64,000 nucleotides of DNA from Longimicrobiales bacterium (GTDB taxonomy: Bacteria; Gemmatimonadota; Gemmatimonadetes; Longimicrobiales; Gaopeijiaceae): contig OZ242008.1 of the NCBI GenBank assembly GCA_965204735.1, forward strand, positions 224,001 to 288,000. Reading direction: 5' to 3'. The notes under the pieces are model-generated. The model did not search any database. It saw only the letters and a program-made list of their open reading frames with translations, and had not been told where the DNA came from. Positions 19,177 through 29,111 of the stretch are shown here, piece after piece (positions within the stretch are counted from its first letter, which is position 1; the number at the start of each line of letters is the position of its first letter). A program made the translations under genes and the position numbers.

Positions 19177-20466
19177 ATGATCACTCGGATCCAAGCGCTA
19201 AACTACCGCTGTCTCCGTTATGTGGACGTGACGCTCGACCGCTTCCACGTTCTGGTCGGCCCCAATGCCAGCGGCAAGAGCACTCTGTTCGACGTCGTGT
19301 CGTTCATGAGCGACTTCGTTCGGGATGGGCTGGAAAAGGCGATCTCGAACCGCACGTACAACTTCCAGGACCTCGTGTGGGGCAGGCCGACGGAAGAGCT
19401 GAGCTTTGAGCTTGCCCTGGAAATCGCAGTTCCTGCAGACTTGCGAGGCCATGTTCCCACCAACCAGGAGTTCAATACGTATCGCTACGAGATCGCGGTT
19501 GGAGAGGTCGCCGAAAACATTCAGCACATCTACGACGAACGGGGAATACTGATCTCCAACCAATCGCCGCTGGCCGCGTCGCAAACTCCCCGACGCTCCT
19601 TCCCCGGGCCATCGCAGCCCCCCAAGACGATCTTGTCCGGAGTCCGGCACGACCACTCACTAGTGGTACTTGAGCGTGGTTTTGGTCAACTCACCTTCAG
19701 AGCCGAAGATCAGATTCCAGCAAGACTGAAGGACGAGGTGCCAGCCAGCACGGTACTTGGGCAACTGCCGACTGACCCCCTAATGTCCCATCTTCGACTC
19801 CTCGACGAGACTCGCTCTCCGGTCTCCAGGTACTTCTATTCCCTACTCTCTGCTGGCATAAACTCAGTATTCTTGGACAGCGGTACAATGCGAGCACCAA
19901 GCGGTTTCGCGTCCGGTCGAAACCCGTTGGCCTTGCGCGGTGCAAGACTGCCATGGACGGTGAAGGATGTTCTGGAGAATGACAGGGAGCTCTACAATGC
20001 TTGGATGAATCATGTCCAAGTAGAGATGGAAGACCTGGTCGGCGTCCGTGTCGTCCATCGCCCCGAAGATCGCACACATTACCTGATGCTGGAGTACAGC
20101 ACCGGCGTCGAGATTCCGTCGTGGATGGCATCCGATGGCACCTTGCGGTTCCTCGCCCTCATGTTGGCCGCGTACATGGCCGACAAGGATCAAGTGTACC
20201 TGCTGGACGAGCCAGAGAACGGCGTTCACCTCTCGGCGCTCGACGCCATCTATGACGCTACTTCCTCTGCCGGCGCCTCCCAGATTCTCGTTGCAACCCA
20301 TTCTCCCGCGTTTCTGTCCAAGGCCAGTCCCGAAGACGTAATTTGCTGTGCCAAAGACGCGGAAGGTGCCACGGACGTCGTCAGAGGCGACTGCCACCCC
20401 ATAGTCCATGAGTGGCAGGGGGCTGTAAACATGGACGTGTTCTTTGCCAAAGGAGTCGTCGAATGA
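19177..20466 (+). CDS. ABC-type (AAA_21-like) ATPase, MAD3-like
   Basis: GPNASGKS, ASDGTLRFL, LLDEPENG, VATHSP. Confidence 0.85.
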   Translation: MITRIQALNYRCLRYVDVTLDRFHVLVGPNASGKSTLFDVVSFMSDFVRDGLEKAISNRTYNFQDLVWGRPTEELSFELALEIAVPADLRGHVPTNQEFNTYRYEIAVGEVAENIQHIYDERGILISNQSPLAASQTPRRSFPGPSQPPKTILSGVRHDHSLVVLERGFGQLTFRAEDQIPARLKDEVPASTVLGQLPTDPLMSHLRLLDETRSPVSRYFYSLLSAGINSVFLDSGTMRAPSGFASGRNPLALRGARLPWTVKDVLENDRELYNAWMNHVQVEMEDLVGVRVVHRPEDRTHYLMLEYSTGVEIPSWMASDGTLRFLALMLAAYMADKDQVYLLDEPENGVHLSALDAIYDATSSAGASQILVATHSPAFLSKASPEDVICCAKDAEGATDVVRGDCHPIVHEWQGAVNMDVFFAKGVVE

Positions 20467-21116
20467 AGCCGACGCTTGGTATCGGCGATCTGATCGTACT
20501 GGTTGCCGACACCGACATGATGTGGACGATGAGAACATTGCTGACCCGCACGGAAGCACTCGGCGCAGCGTGTTTCGGATTCACCGTGGAGAAGCACCCC
20601 GGCCGAGATCCCGGGTGCCGAACCGACGCCGTGGAGTTCTTGCGTCGGCACTTGGGCAAGTACAGTCACTGTCTCGTGATCTTTGACCACCACGGTTGCG
20701 GAAGCAGGGATTCGAGAGATCGAATTCGGGCACGACTTGAAGCCGAACTCGCCCGCAATGGATGGAACAACCGGGCGGACGTGATTGTAATTCAACCAGA
20801 ACTCGAAGCATGGTTCTGGGGCGACCTGGCGGCATCCGCCAACATTCTCGGCTGGGCCGGAGACGCTCAGGAAATGCGTGCTTGTTTGGCGGCAAAGGGA
20901 TTGTGGCCAGATGGCCATGCCAAACCGCCGACGCCGAAGAAGGCGATGACAGAGGCCATACGCCGCGCTCCTTCCGGCCGGCCGCTCCGACGGAACGCTC
21001 GCATGTTTGAAGACATGGCGGCGGTTGCCGAAGTGGGCGAATGCCGGGATCCCGCCTTCCAGGAACTCCTCGCTACGCTGCGCCGCTGGTTCCCCAAACC
21101 CGAAACGCACCCATGA
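20463..21116 (+). CDS. MAD4-like (TOPRIM-like) partner of the ATPase
   Basis: DLIVLVAD, HPGRDPG, LVIFDHHG, VIQPELEAWFW; ATGA overlaps at both ends. Confidence 0.6.
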   Translation: MKPTLGIGDLIVLVADTDMMWTMRTLLTRTEALGAACFGFTVEKHPGRDPGCRTDAVEFLRRHLGKYSHCLVIFDHHGCGSRDSRDRIRARLEAELARNGWNNRADVIVIQPELEAWFWGDLAASANILGWAGDAQEMRACLAAKGLWPDGHAKPPTPKKAMTEAIRRAPSGRPLRRNARMFEDMAAVAEVGECRDPAFQELLATLRRWFPKPETHP

Positions 21117-24100
21117 AGCCCAAGCCCTGGACCGTCCTCGTCAGCCTCAAGGACGAACTCCGCAGCGGGGAACTCACGCTGGCCCAGTTCGCCGCCGATC
21201 TTCACGAGGTCGCGCTGGCGCGGGGAAAGCGTCCCATCTACGAGAACCCGGCCCAGTTCTTCGACCTCACCTTCCCGACGCCGCCGCTCCGCGAGCTGGT
21301 CAAGGACGTGGCGCTTCGCCTCTCCGGCAAGACCGACCGGGCGATCCGGCAGCTGGAGCTCACCTACGGCGGAGGCAAGACCCACACGCTGATCACGCTG
21401 TACCACCTCTTCCGCGACCCCGGGGCGTTGCCGGAGTCGCCCACGGCGACGGCGTTCCGCGAGCATGTGGGCGAGGACCTGCCGCAGGCGTTCGTCGCCA
21501 CGCTGTGCTTCGACAAGATCGACGCCGAGAAGGGCATCGAAGACGTGCGCGCACCGGACGGCGAGCGGCGCACCCTCAAGCATCCGTGGAGCGTGCTGGC
21601 CTTTCAGCTTGCAGGCGCCGACGGACTGCGCGCCGTCCACGCGGACGACAAGGACGAAGAACGAGAGACGCCGCCGGCCGAGCCGCTCCTCGTCAAGTTG
21701 CTCGAAGTTCCCGGCCGCGACGGCCTGGGCACGTTGATTTTGGTGGACGAAGTGCTGATGTACGCTCGCGAGAAGGCTGGACTCGATCCGGTCTGGCGCG
21801 ACCGCATCCGCGACTTCTTCCAGTACCTGAACCAGGCCGTCGCCAAGGTGGACCGGGCGGCGATCGTGGCGTCTCTTCTCGCCACCGACCCGTCGAAGGA
21901 ACAGGGCGACATGGGCGGCCTTCTCAAGAGCGACTTGTTCGCGGTCTTCCGGCGGCAGCGCGAGGAAGGCGTCCAGCCCGTGCGCAAGGAAGATGTGGCG
22001 GAGGTGCTGCGGCGACGCTTCTTCCAGGAGATGCCCGACGACGACGCGCGGCGCAACCAAGCCATCGCGGTCGTTCGCGGCTTGGCCAAGCTCGACGAGA
22101 CGATCGCGAAGGACAAGGCCGGGGCAGAGGACCGCTTCGTCCAGAGCTTCCCCTTCCACCCCGACATGACCGACGTCTTCTACAGCCGCTGGACCCAGCT
22201 GGACGACTTCCAGCGGACCCGCGGCATCCTGCGCACACTTGCGACGGCGCTCCGGGAGGCCGAGAAGTGGGACCGCAGCCCCGTCGTGGGAGCGTCGGCC
22301 CTCTTGGCGGCGCCCGGCGAGGAAAGCGTCTCGATGGCTCTGAGCGAGCTCGCCAACACCGCGAACTCGGCCACGGCGGGGAAGACCGCCGACTGGGGCA
22401 AGCTGCTGCAGGCCGAGTTCGACAAGGCGCGCCTGGTTCAGAGCGACCATCGGGACCTGGAGCGGAACCGCGAAGTCGAGCAGGCCGTCGTCTCGGTGTT
22501 CCTGCACTCGCCGCGCGGCGGCAAGGTCACGACGTTCGAGCTGCAACGGTTGGCGGGAACCTCGGGACCCGACGCCATCGAGTTCGAGAAGGGACTGCTC
22601 CGCTGGCGCGACGTCTCGTGGTTCCTGGACGACGAGGACTCGAACGACGACGAGCAGAGCCTCCCCAAGGAGTGGCGGTTGGGCACGCGCCCCAACCTGC
22701 GCAACATGCACGACGAAGCTTGTGCGCGGCGCGTCACCGACGCCGATGTGACGGAGCGCCTGCTGCAAACCGTGCGCAAGTGCCGGAGCAAGCTGGACGG
22801 GGGCGCGGCCGCGGCGGGCGCGAAGTGCCATCTGCTCCCCGCTTCGCCCGCCGATGTGGCCGACGACGGGGACTTTCACTACGTGATCCTCGGCCCCGAA
22901 GCGACATCGGATTCGGGGCGTCCCAGCGCCGCGGCCAAGCGCTGCATCGACGTCAAGTCCGACCGGGGCCAGCCGCGAGTCGCCCGTAACTCGCTCGTCT
23001 TGGCCGTCCCTTCGCGAAACGGGTTGGAAGCGGCCCGCATGCAAGTGCGTTCGCTGCTGGGTTGGGAGCATGTGGACGCCCAGCTGCGCAACACGAACGT
23101 GGACCCGCTGCGCGCCGAGCGTCTGCGCCGCCAACTTCGCGAAGCGCGCAACCGCGTTCCGGACGTCGTGCGCCAAGCGTACGGGGTCGTCGTGACGGTC
23201 AACGAGGAAAACGCGGTCCACGCCTTCAAGCTGCCGGCAAGCGCGGAGCCTCTGTTCCCCCAAATCAAGAACGACGAGCGCTCCCGCATCAAGGAAACGG
23301 CGGTGGACGCCGAAGCGCTGTTGCCCGGCGGACCCTACAACCTCTGGCGAGAAGACGAAGAGGCCAGGTTCGTGAAGGACTTGGCGGCCCCGTTCGCCCG
23401 CGACCCGCGCCTGCCCAAGCTCCTCGACACGCGGATACTGCTGAGCACGGTCCTGCAGGGCGTCGAGCGGGGGCTGCTTGTCGCTCGGCTGGTGCGGCCC
23501 GACGGGACTCGACGCACATGGTGGCGCGAACCCGTGGAATCGTCGGCGGCAGCGGACCCGGCGCTGGAAGCCGTCCTGCCGGAGAAGGCGCAACTGGAGA
23601 GCCTGCACGTGCATCTCCTGGCCCCCGGCCGCTTGCCCGGCCTCTGGCCTTCCGACGCCGAGTCGGCCGCCGAGCGGCGTCTTCCCGTCCGCGACCTGCT
23701 CGCCTGCTTCGCCGGCGGACACGTTGTCCAAGTGGCCAAGCAAGGCTACGACGACGTGCTCGCGGTTCCCGCTTGCTCTCCCGACATCGTTCTCGAAGCG
23801 GTCCGCGAAGCCGTGGAGGCGGGCGCGCTCTGGCTCGTCAACGGCCCGAGTTCCTGCTGGAAGGACGACATACCCGTGGGCGTGCTGGACAAGGACGCGG
23901 TGCTCCGGCCCCCGCCCGCCCTGGTCCCCGTGCAGGAGTTCACCGAAGAGGCGCTGCCCGGCGCATGGAAGGACGGCGAGACGAACGGCGCCGCCATCGG
24001 GCGCGCCCTGTCCCACCAGCGCGGCGAGCCCGTGCCCTGGGGTCTTGTGCGCGAGAGCATCTCGGAGGCGGTCAACAGCCGGTGGCTGGACGTGGTGAGC

Positions 24101-24412
24101 GGGGGAGCGGCAGGCGGCTACGTGACCGCCGGTGCATGGCGGTTGACGCAGCCGAAGGCCCGGCCCTCGTCCTCTGGGGCCGGCCCGGCGCCGGAGTCGC
24201 CCGCGACGCCGACCACAGCCATGGACGTATCGCAGCTCCTCGACCTGGCCCAGGTCGCCCCGAAGCTTCTGGAGGCCAGCGCGGGCCACGGCCTTTGCTT
24301 CCACGTGGGCGTCTCGCTGGACGCCGACGCGCCCGCCGGCCCGCGCAAGGCGGTGGACGGCCTGCTGGAAGAGGTGGCGCCCGGCTTCAGGAGCGGCTCG
24401 GAACCGGCCTAG
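21113..24412 (+). CDS. DUF499 AAA+ ATPase
   Basis: FAADL, YGGGKTH, LILVDEV, EVLRRRFF, FPFHP, FQRTRGILR. Confidence 0.9.
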   Translation: MKPKPWTVLVSLKDELRSGELTLAQFAADLHEVALARGKRPIYENPAQFFDLTFPTPPLRELVKDVALRLSGKTDRAIRQLELTYGGGKTHTLITLYHLFRDPGALPESPTATAFREHVGEDLPQAFVATLCFDKIDAEKGIEDVRAPDGERRTLKHPWSVLAFQLAGADGLRAVHADDKDEERETPPAEPLLVKLLEVPGRDGLGTLILVDEVLMYAREKAGLDPVWRDRIRDFFQYLNQAVAKVDRAAIVASLLATDPSKEQGDMGGLLKSDLFAVFRRQREEGVQPVRKEDVAEVLRRRFFQEMPDDDARRNQAIAVVRGLAKLDETIAKDKAGAEDRFVQSFPFHPDMTDVFYSRWTQLDDFQRTRGILRTLATALREAEKWDRSPVVGASALLAAPGEESVSMALSELANTANSATAGKTADWGKLLQAEFDKARLVQSDHRDLERNREVEQAVVSVFLHSPRGGKVTTFELQRLAGTSGPDAIEFEKGLLRWRDVSWFLDDEDSNDDEQSLPKEWRLGTRPNLRNMHDEACARRVTDADVTERLLQTVRKCRSKLDGGAAAAGAKCHLLPASPADVADDGDFHYVILGPEATSDSGRPSAAAKRCIDVKSDRGQPRVARNSLVLAVPSRNGLEAARMQVRSLLGWEHVDAQLRNTNVDPLRAERLRRQLREARNRVPDVVRQAYGVVVTVNEENAVHAFKLPASAEPLFPQIKNDERSRIKETAVDAEALLPGGPYNLWREDEEARFVKDLAAPFARDPRLPKLLDTRILLSTVLQGVERGLLVARLVRPDGTRRTWWREPVESSAAADPALEAVLPEKAQLESLHVHLLAPGRLPGLWPSDAESAAERRLPVRDLLACFAGGHVVQVAKQGYDDVLAVPACSPDIVLEAVREAVEAGALWLVNGPSSCWKDDIPVGVLDKDAVLRPPPALVPVQEFTEEALPGAWKDGETNGAAIGRALSHQRGEPVPWGLVRESISEAVNSRWLDVVSGGAAGGYVTAGAWRLTQPKARPSSSGAGPAPESPATPTTAMDVSQLLDLAQVAPKLLEASAGHGLCFHVGVSLDADAPAGPRKAVDGLLEEVAPGFRSGSEPA

Positions 24413-24505
24413 CGGAGCGGACTGGGGGCCGGCACGAGCGCGGGCGCAACGCTCGCGTGGCCGGTCCCGCTGCCGGGGCCGGGTTGCCCTCGCCGTCCGG
24501 GACGC

Positions 24506-24514
24506 TGTTATATT
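24506..24514 (+). promoter_or_regulatory. Candidate extended -10 promoter for susC1
   Basis: TGnTATATT in an otherwise very GC-rich intergenic region. Confidence 0.4.
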
Positions 24515-24655
24515 CCGAGCTTGCGGAGATTCACCGAGCCGCAAGACCACGCCGACCGACTTGCTCCGGGGCGCGCGCCGCGCCGGAGGCGGGGCAGCGG
24601 GGATCCTCCCGGCGCCCGCCGGATCGGCTGTCCACCAGGGTACAGGAGCCCCGAG

Positions 24656-27600
24656 ATGACCCCACACTTCGTCAGAAGCCGCCTTCCACTTGAGACGAGG
24701 GGCCGAACCGCCGCCCTTCTTCTCGCAGCCGCCTTGGCCCTGCCCGGCGGCGTCCAAGCCCAGACCGGTACGATCACCGGCACGGTGACCGACGCCGCCA
24801 GCCAGCGGCCCATGAGCTCGGTCCAGGTCCACGTGGTGGGCACCGGACTTGGCACCATCACTCGGGACAACGGCCGCTACATCATCCTCAACGTCCCGGC
24901 GGGCGCCCACGTCGTTCGCGCCGTGAGCATCGGCTACGGCCAGACCGACCTCGAGGTCACCGTGTCCGCGGACGGCACGGTCCAGCAGGACTTCGCCCTC
25001 CGCGCCCAGGCCCTCGGCCTCGACGAGATCGTCGTGACCGGCACCGCCGGCGCAGCCCGTCGGCGCGAGGTGGGCAACACCGTGTCGCAGCTCAACGTGG
25101 CCCAGGACGTGGTGGAGCCCCCGACCAACGTGGACGCCCTCCTCCAGGCCAGGGTGCCCGGGATGTCGATCACCCAGAGCTCGGCCAGCGCCGGAGGCGG
25201 CGCCATGATTCGCCTGCGGGGCAACGTCTCTATGACCCAGTCGAACCAGCCCCTGATCTACGTGGACGGGGTTCGGGTCCGAAGCGAAGGCTTCGCCAAG
25301 AACGTGCCGCCGGTCGGGTACTCGGGACGCAGCAACAACGACGTGTCCAGCCCCCTCAACAGCATCAACCCGCAGGACATCGAGCGGGTCGAGGTCATCA
25401 AGGGCGCGGCGGCCACCACCCTCTACGGCACCGAAGCCTCGGCCGGGGTCATCCAGATCTTCACAAGGCGCGGCGCCGTCGGCGATGCGCGGTGGAACGC
25501 CCAGATCGAGCAGGGCGTGGCCCGCAACCTCACCTTCGGCCCCGACCCGTCGCTTCGCCCGCCGTCGGAGAACCCGACCTCGCTCTCGGGCGGACGCTCC
25601 GACTTCCTCTTCATCAACCCGTGGCTCCGCGGCCACCGGCCCAAGTGCGACGACGCCGTCGTCGTGGACGGCCAGCCCTGCGACTCCGGGCTCTTCAGCG
25701 ACATCGGCGCCCACCAGCAGAAGTACGCCGTCAACGTGGGCGGCGGCGCCGAGAACATTCAGTACTTCGTCTCCGGTTCCTACGAGAACGACGACGGCGT
25801 GCTGGTCAACGACAACGAAAAGAAGGTCATCCTCCGGGGCAACTTCACCTTCAGCCCTAGGGACAACCTGCAGTTCCAGTGGAACACGTCGTACACCAAC
25901 GACCAGCTTGCCCACACCGCGGCCGGGAACAACGCCCACGGCATGACGCTCAACACCTTCCGGCGCGACAGAAACTACCTCAACGACGAGTCGTTCAACG
26001 CCATCAACCCCTTCCTCAACCAAGAGATCACGACCCAGATCGACCACTTGATCACTGGGTTTACGGCCACTTGGTCGCCCTTCGCGAACTTCAACAACCG
26101 CATCAGCTTCGGCTACGACCTGGCCCAGCAGGACAACCGCAACTTGCGTCCCTTCGGCTTCATTCGGGCGCCCGGCGGCATTCTTTCCACGTCGCGCTAC
26201 GAGTTCAACACCCTCACGGTGGACTACGTGGCCTCGCTGGACCTGGAGCTGACCAGCGACATCCGCTCGGCCCTCTCCTTCGGCGGCCAGAGCGTCACCA
26301 CCCGCCGCGAAGTCACCACCGCGTACGGCGAGAACTTCCCGGGCCCCGGCGAGCCGGACGTGGACAACGCAGGGAGCACGCTGGGCTTCGAGGACCGGGA
26401 GAGGATCGTCAACGCCGGCTTCTTCGTTCAGAACATCTTCGACCTGTACAACAAGTACTTCATCACCGCCGGCGTGCGCGTGGACGGCAACTCGGCGTTC
26501 GGCTCCGACTTCGGCCTTCAGGCGTACCCGAAAGTGTCCGCTTCCTACGTGATCTCCGACGAAGATTTCTGGAACGCCGGCTGGGGCACGATGAAGCTCC
26601 GCACGGCCTGGGGCCAGGCCGGCCGGGCGCCGGGCGCCTTCGACGCGGTGCGGACCTTCTCGGCGGCGGGCTTCGGCAACTCCCCGGCGTTCCTGCCCAG
26701 CAACGTCGGGAACCCGGACATCGGTCCAGAGACCACCTCCGAGCTGGAGTTCGGCATGGAAGGCTCGTTCGTCGACGACCGTTTGTCGATGGACGTGACC
26801 TACTTCATGCAGAATACGTCCCAGGCCCTCTTCAGCGTCCGGCAGATACCGTCTCTCGGCTTCACCGCTTCGCAGCTGGCCAACGTGGGCGAGCTCAAGA
26901 ACAACGGGCTGGAGATGGGCGTCAACTACACCATCGTGCGCAACGACCGGTGGACGTGGGACGTGGGCACCAACCTCTCCCTCACCGACTCCGAGATCGT
27001 GTCGTTGGGAGGCAGCCCCGCGTTCAGCATCGGCGGCTCCGGATGGGTCATTGAAGGCCATCCGGCGCCCGTCATTCGGTCGGACCGCATCGCCAACCCG
27101 AACGAGCGCGCCGAGCCGATCATCGTGCAGGACAGCGTCCACGGACCCAACCAGCCCACGACGATCGCTGGGTTCAGCACCAGCGTCGGACTGCCCGGCG
27201 GCCTTCTGGTCACGGCCCGGGGCGAGTACCAGGGCGGCGCCTACATGCGCAACGGTCCCCAGGCGGCAGCGACTCGGCGCTCGGTGCGCTGGGCCGGCTG
27301 CTTCGAGGCGTACAACACGTGGGAGACCCAGGGATACGAGGCCCTCACAGCCGAAGAGCGGGGGCGTTGCGACATCAGGCTGTACCAGTCGGACTTCGCC
27401 GTGCAGCCGGCCGACTTCTTCAAGATTCGGGAGCTGAGCTTGCAAGCGCCCTTGCCCGACGGCTGGGCGAGCACAATGGGCGCTTCCCGAGCCACGGTGA
27501 CCCTCTCCGGCCGGAACTTCTTCCGGTGGGTGAGTCCCCTCATGCGGACGCTGGACCCAGAGGTCGGAGGCAACGTCGGCTTCAACACGCGCGTGCGCAG

Positions 27601-27661
27601 CATGACCGAGCACGTGCCGCCGCCGGCGTACTACACCATGTCCCTCCAGGTCGTCTTCTAG
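24656..27661 (+). CDS. SusC/RagA family TonB-linked receptor (1)
   Basis: AGGAG RBS; LDEIVVTG; PLIYVDG; INPQDIERVEVIKGAAATTLYG; C-terminal F. Confidence 0.92.
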   Translation: MTPHFVRSRLPLETRGRTAALLLAAALALPGGVQAQTGTITGTVTDAASQRPMSSVQVHVVGTGLGTITRDNGRYIILNVPAGAHVVRAVSIGYGQTDLEVTVSADGTVQQDFALRAQALGLDEIVVTGTAGAARRREVGNTVSQLNVAQDVVEPPTNVDALLQARVPGMSITQSSASAGGGAMIRLRGNVSMTQSNQPLIYVDGVRVRSEGFAKNVPPVGYSGRSNNDVSSPLNSINPQDIERVEVIKGAAATTLYGTEASAGVIQIFTRRGAVGDARWNAQIEQGVARNLTFGPDPSLRPPSENPTSLSGGRSDFLFINPWLRGHRPKCDDAVVVDGQPCDSGLFSDIGAHQQKYAVNVGGGAENIQYFVSGSYENDDGVLVNDNEKKVILRGNFTFSPRDNLQFQWNTSYTNDQLAHTAAGNNAHGMTLNTFRRDRNYLNDESFNAINPFLNQEITTQIDHLITGFTATWSPFANFNNRISFGYDLAQQDNRNLRPFGFIRAPGGILSTSRYEFNTLTVDYVASLDLELTSDIRSALSFGGQSVTTRREVTTAYGENFPGPGEPDVDNAGSTLGFEDRERIVNAGFFVQNIFDLYNKYFITAGVRVDGNSAFGSDFGLQAYPKVSASYVISDEDFWNAGWGTMKLRTAWGQAGRAPGAFDAVRTFSAAGFGNSPAFLPSNVGNPDIGPETTSELEFGMEGSFVDDRLSMDVTYFMQNTSQALFSVRQIPSLGFTASQLANVGELKNNGLEMGVNYTIVRNDRWTWDVGTNLSLTDSEIVSLGGSPAFSIGGSGWVIEGHPAPVIRSDRIANPNERAEPIIVQDSVHGPNQPTTIAGFSTSVGLPGGLLVTARGEYQGGAYMRNGPQAAATRRSVRWAGCFEAYNTWETQGYEALTAEERGRCDIRLYQSDFAVQPADFFKIRELSLQAPLPDGWASTMGASRATVTLSGRNFFRWVSPLMRTLDPEVGGNVGFNTRVRSMTEHVPPPAYYTMSLQVVF

Positions 27662-27674
27662 GAGGCCGCGACGA

Positions 27675-28970
27675 ATGAAAGGAAGAGCGATGCACACGAC
27701 TTCGGGACGGCTGGCCGGCGTCCTCGCCGTGGTCGCCGGCGGCCTGCTGGCGGCCTGCGACACCGAGGTGATCAACCCCGGACGGGTCCAGGAGCCGTTC
27801 CTCTTGGAGACGGAGGCTCAAGACGCCATCGTCAAGGGGATGGCGCGGGGCGTGGCCGAGGCCCACAACTGGATCGGCTACACCGGGGCCGCCATCACCA
27901 GGGAAATCCACCCCTCCGGCTCCACCGGCAGCTTCGGCATCCAGGTGGAGTGGCAGAACGGAGAGCTGGACTACGAGACGGTCAACACCCACTGGAACCT
28001 TGCCCAGCAGGCGCGCTGGTGGGGCAACGACGGAATCGCGAAGATCCAGGAGACCGGCCCCGAGAGCCAGGCCCTGCTGGCGGAGGCCTACCTTTGGGCC
28101 GGTTACGCCCACCGGCTGAACGGCGAGAACTTCTGTCTGTCGGTGATCGACGGCGGCTCGGCGGGGTCCCGCGGCGTCTACCTGGAGGGAGCCTTGGCCC
28201 ACTTCGACCAGGCGGCCTCACAGGGCACAGGAGACATGGCAATGGCGGCTCGCGCGGCCCGGGCGTCGGTGAAGGCGTTCCTCAACGACTGGGACGGCGC
28301 GGTTGCCGACGCCGCAGGCGTGCCGGACGACTTCGTCTGGATGCTGCCCTACTACCCGGACAAGGGCGACGCCACCAAGAACCGCATTCAGTGGGCCAGC
28401 CAAGCCGAGCCCTACAAGGCTCACACTCTGAAGTTCACCAAGTACGAAGAGACGGGCTTGAGCGAGAACAACCCGGACGGCGACCCCAGGGTGCCGTTCC
28501 GGGTTACCGACGAGACCGGCGATGCCGCCGTCCAGTGCTGCGGCCAAGTTCCGTGGTGGCCCCAGACCAAGTACGACGAGCCGGGCGCCGACATCCCGCT
28601 GTCGAAGGGCGCGGAGATGCGGCTGATCGAAGCCGAGGCCATGCTGAACAGCGGCGACTGGCAAGGAGCGCTGGCCAAGATCAACGCCGTGCGGACCGCT
28701 GCCGGCGTAGCGCCCAAGGACTTGGACAACATCACGGACGTGTGGACGGCGCTGAAGCACGAACGGGGCGTGGCCCTGTGGCTGGAAGGCCGTCGCCTGG
28801 GCGATTTCTTCCGATGGGACGCGGGCGGCACGCCGGGCGAGCTTCACGCCCTCGAAACACCTTCGGGCGACGCGAACATGGGTTCCCACCTGATCCAGCA
28901 GGACCTGTGCTTCCCCATCGCGAGAAGCGAGGTCGACACGAACCCCAACATCAGCGGGGCGACGGGCTGA
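27675..28970 (+). CDS. SusD/RagB family lipoprotein (1)
   Basis: Lipobox LLAAC; EMRLIEAEA; ERGVALWLEGRRLGD. Confidence 0.9.
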   Translation: MKGRAMHTTSGRLAGVLAVVAGGLLAACDTEVINPGRVQEPFLLETEAQDAIVKGMARGVAEAHNWIGYTGAAITREIHPSGSTGSFGIQVEWQNGELDYETVNTHWNLAQQARWWGNDGIAKIQETGPESQALLAEAYLWAGYAHRLNGENFCLSVIDGGSAGSRGVYLEGALAHFDQAASQGTGDMAMAARAARASVKAFLNDWDGAVADAAGVPDDFVWMLPYYPDKGDATKNRIQWASQAEPYKAHTLKFTKYEETGLSENNPDGDPRVPFRVTDETGDAAVQCCGQVPWWPQTKYDEPGADIPLSKGAEMRLIEAEAMLNSGDWQGALAKINAVRTAAGVAPKDLDNITDVWTALKHERGVALWLEGRRLGDFFRWDAGGTPGELHALETPSGDANMGSHLIQQDLCFPIARSEVDTNPNISGATG

Positions 28971-28995
28971 TCCAGGGTCCCCTTCGGCAGCAGAC

Positions 28996-29037
28996 CACGA
29001 GCCCGGGTCGGTCGCGAGAGGCCGACCCGGGCTCGTG
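28996..29037. terminator. 17-bp stem hairpin after susD1
   Basis: CACGAGCCCGGGTCGGT / GCCGACCCGGGCTCGTG; only a weak T tract follows. Confidence 0.65.
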
Positions 29038-29111
29038 CGCTTTCCGGGTGCTCGGCCCGATTACGGTAATCGCATTTGCCATTTGGTCGTCCATATGTAA
29101 AAAATGCAGCT

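Noticed and set aside
8433..24412. Calling the island BREX, DISARM or MADS
   Set aside because: No PglZ, DrmB/DUF1998, kinase or type I specificity subunit recognised
20867..27775. 2302-aa minus-strand ORF, and similar long antisense ORFs (40054..43995, 35790..38711, 8411..11107, 60905..63907)
   Set aside because: Antisense shadows of well-supported genes with strong GC3 bias; no recognisable motifs
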